A stretch of DNA of 61,340 nucleotides, counting the filler, from Rhabdomonas costata (Eukaryota): the NCBI GenBank assembly GCA_019059605.1. It is 11 parts of 11 records of this genome, joined end to end, with 100 filler letters (N's around TTAATTAATTAA, not from the genome) between each part and the next. Parts side by side here need not be neighbours in the genome. Positions count along the whole stretch, not along the records: positions 55,945 to 61,340 come from JAHMHO010000070.1; 10 more parts are not named here. The stretch is one strand, 5' to 3'. Below the pieces are notes generated by a model. That model worked only from the letters and a program-made list of their open reading frames with translations, had not been told where the DNA came from and did not search any database. Position numbers and translations under genes: made by a program. Of the stretch, positions 61,097-61,340 are shown in pieces (within the stretch, counting starts at the first letter, position 1; every line of letters starts with the position of its first letter).

Positions 61097-61340
61097 CTGT
61101 TCGCAGCCCACAGTGAAGAACAGGGAAGGAGTAACGTACGGGAAAACATATACCGAAAAACAAAATGCGAGTGGAGAACAAGAGAGTCATGCCATAGAAA
61201 TGTCTGCGCACGTCTGTGGGATGAGATTGCTCCACGTTACCCGGGGGTGCGCAACGCACGAATCACGCGATTCATGAGAGTTCCATAAATCATCGCTGGC
61301 ACACCGGCGTGCAGATGGGCAGACGGTGTACCCCAACCAC

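Overview
Eukaryotic nuclear DNA from an intron-rich flagellated protist; a euglenozoan (euglenid-like) origin is plausible but not proven. The window is not contiguous genome. It is 11 separate contigs (about 5.4-5.7 kb; the first and last are cut by the window edges) joined by artificial 100-bp N44-TTAATTAATTAA-N44 linkers, so neighbourhood across linkers is meaningless. Hand-splicing recovers a multi-exon kinesin, the 3' exons of RSPH9 with an F-box/LRR gene lying antisense upstream of them, a tandem array of four divergent NYN(-OST-HTH/LOTUS) units (one intact, three broken), a macro-WWE-PARP gene, Nipped-B/SCC2, an acid sphingomyelinase-like phosphodiesterase, an MFS transporter, a histidine-kinase HATPase module, an RRM+SURP (U2SURP-like) gene and a WD40 gene. 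Decayed mobile elements include Ty3/gypsy pieces, a CRE/SLACS-like RLE non-LTR element, a LINE RT relic, a possible tyrosine-recombinase relic and an OTU protease relic. Best leads: the NYN-LOTUS array with mitochondrial-like presequences, the nested antisense F-box gene, GC-AG and candidate GG-AG introns, and a short dispersed repeat found on three contigs. All family assignments come from motif recognition by eye; no searches were run.
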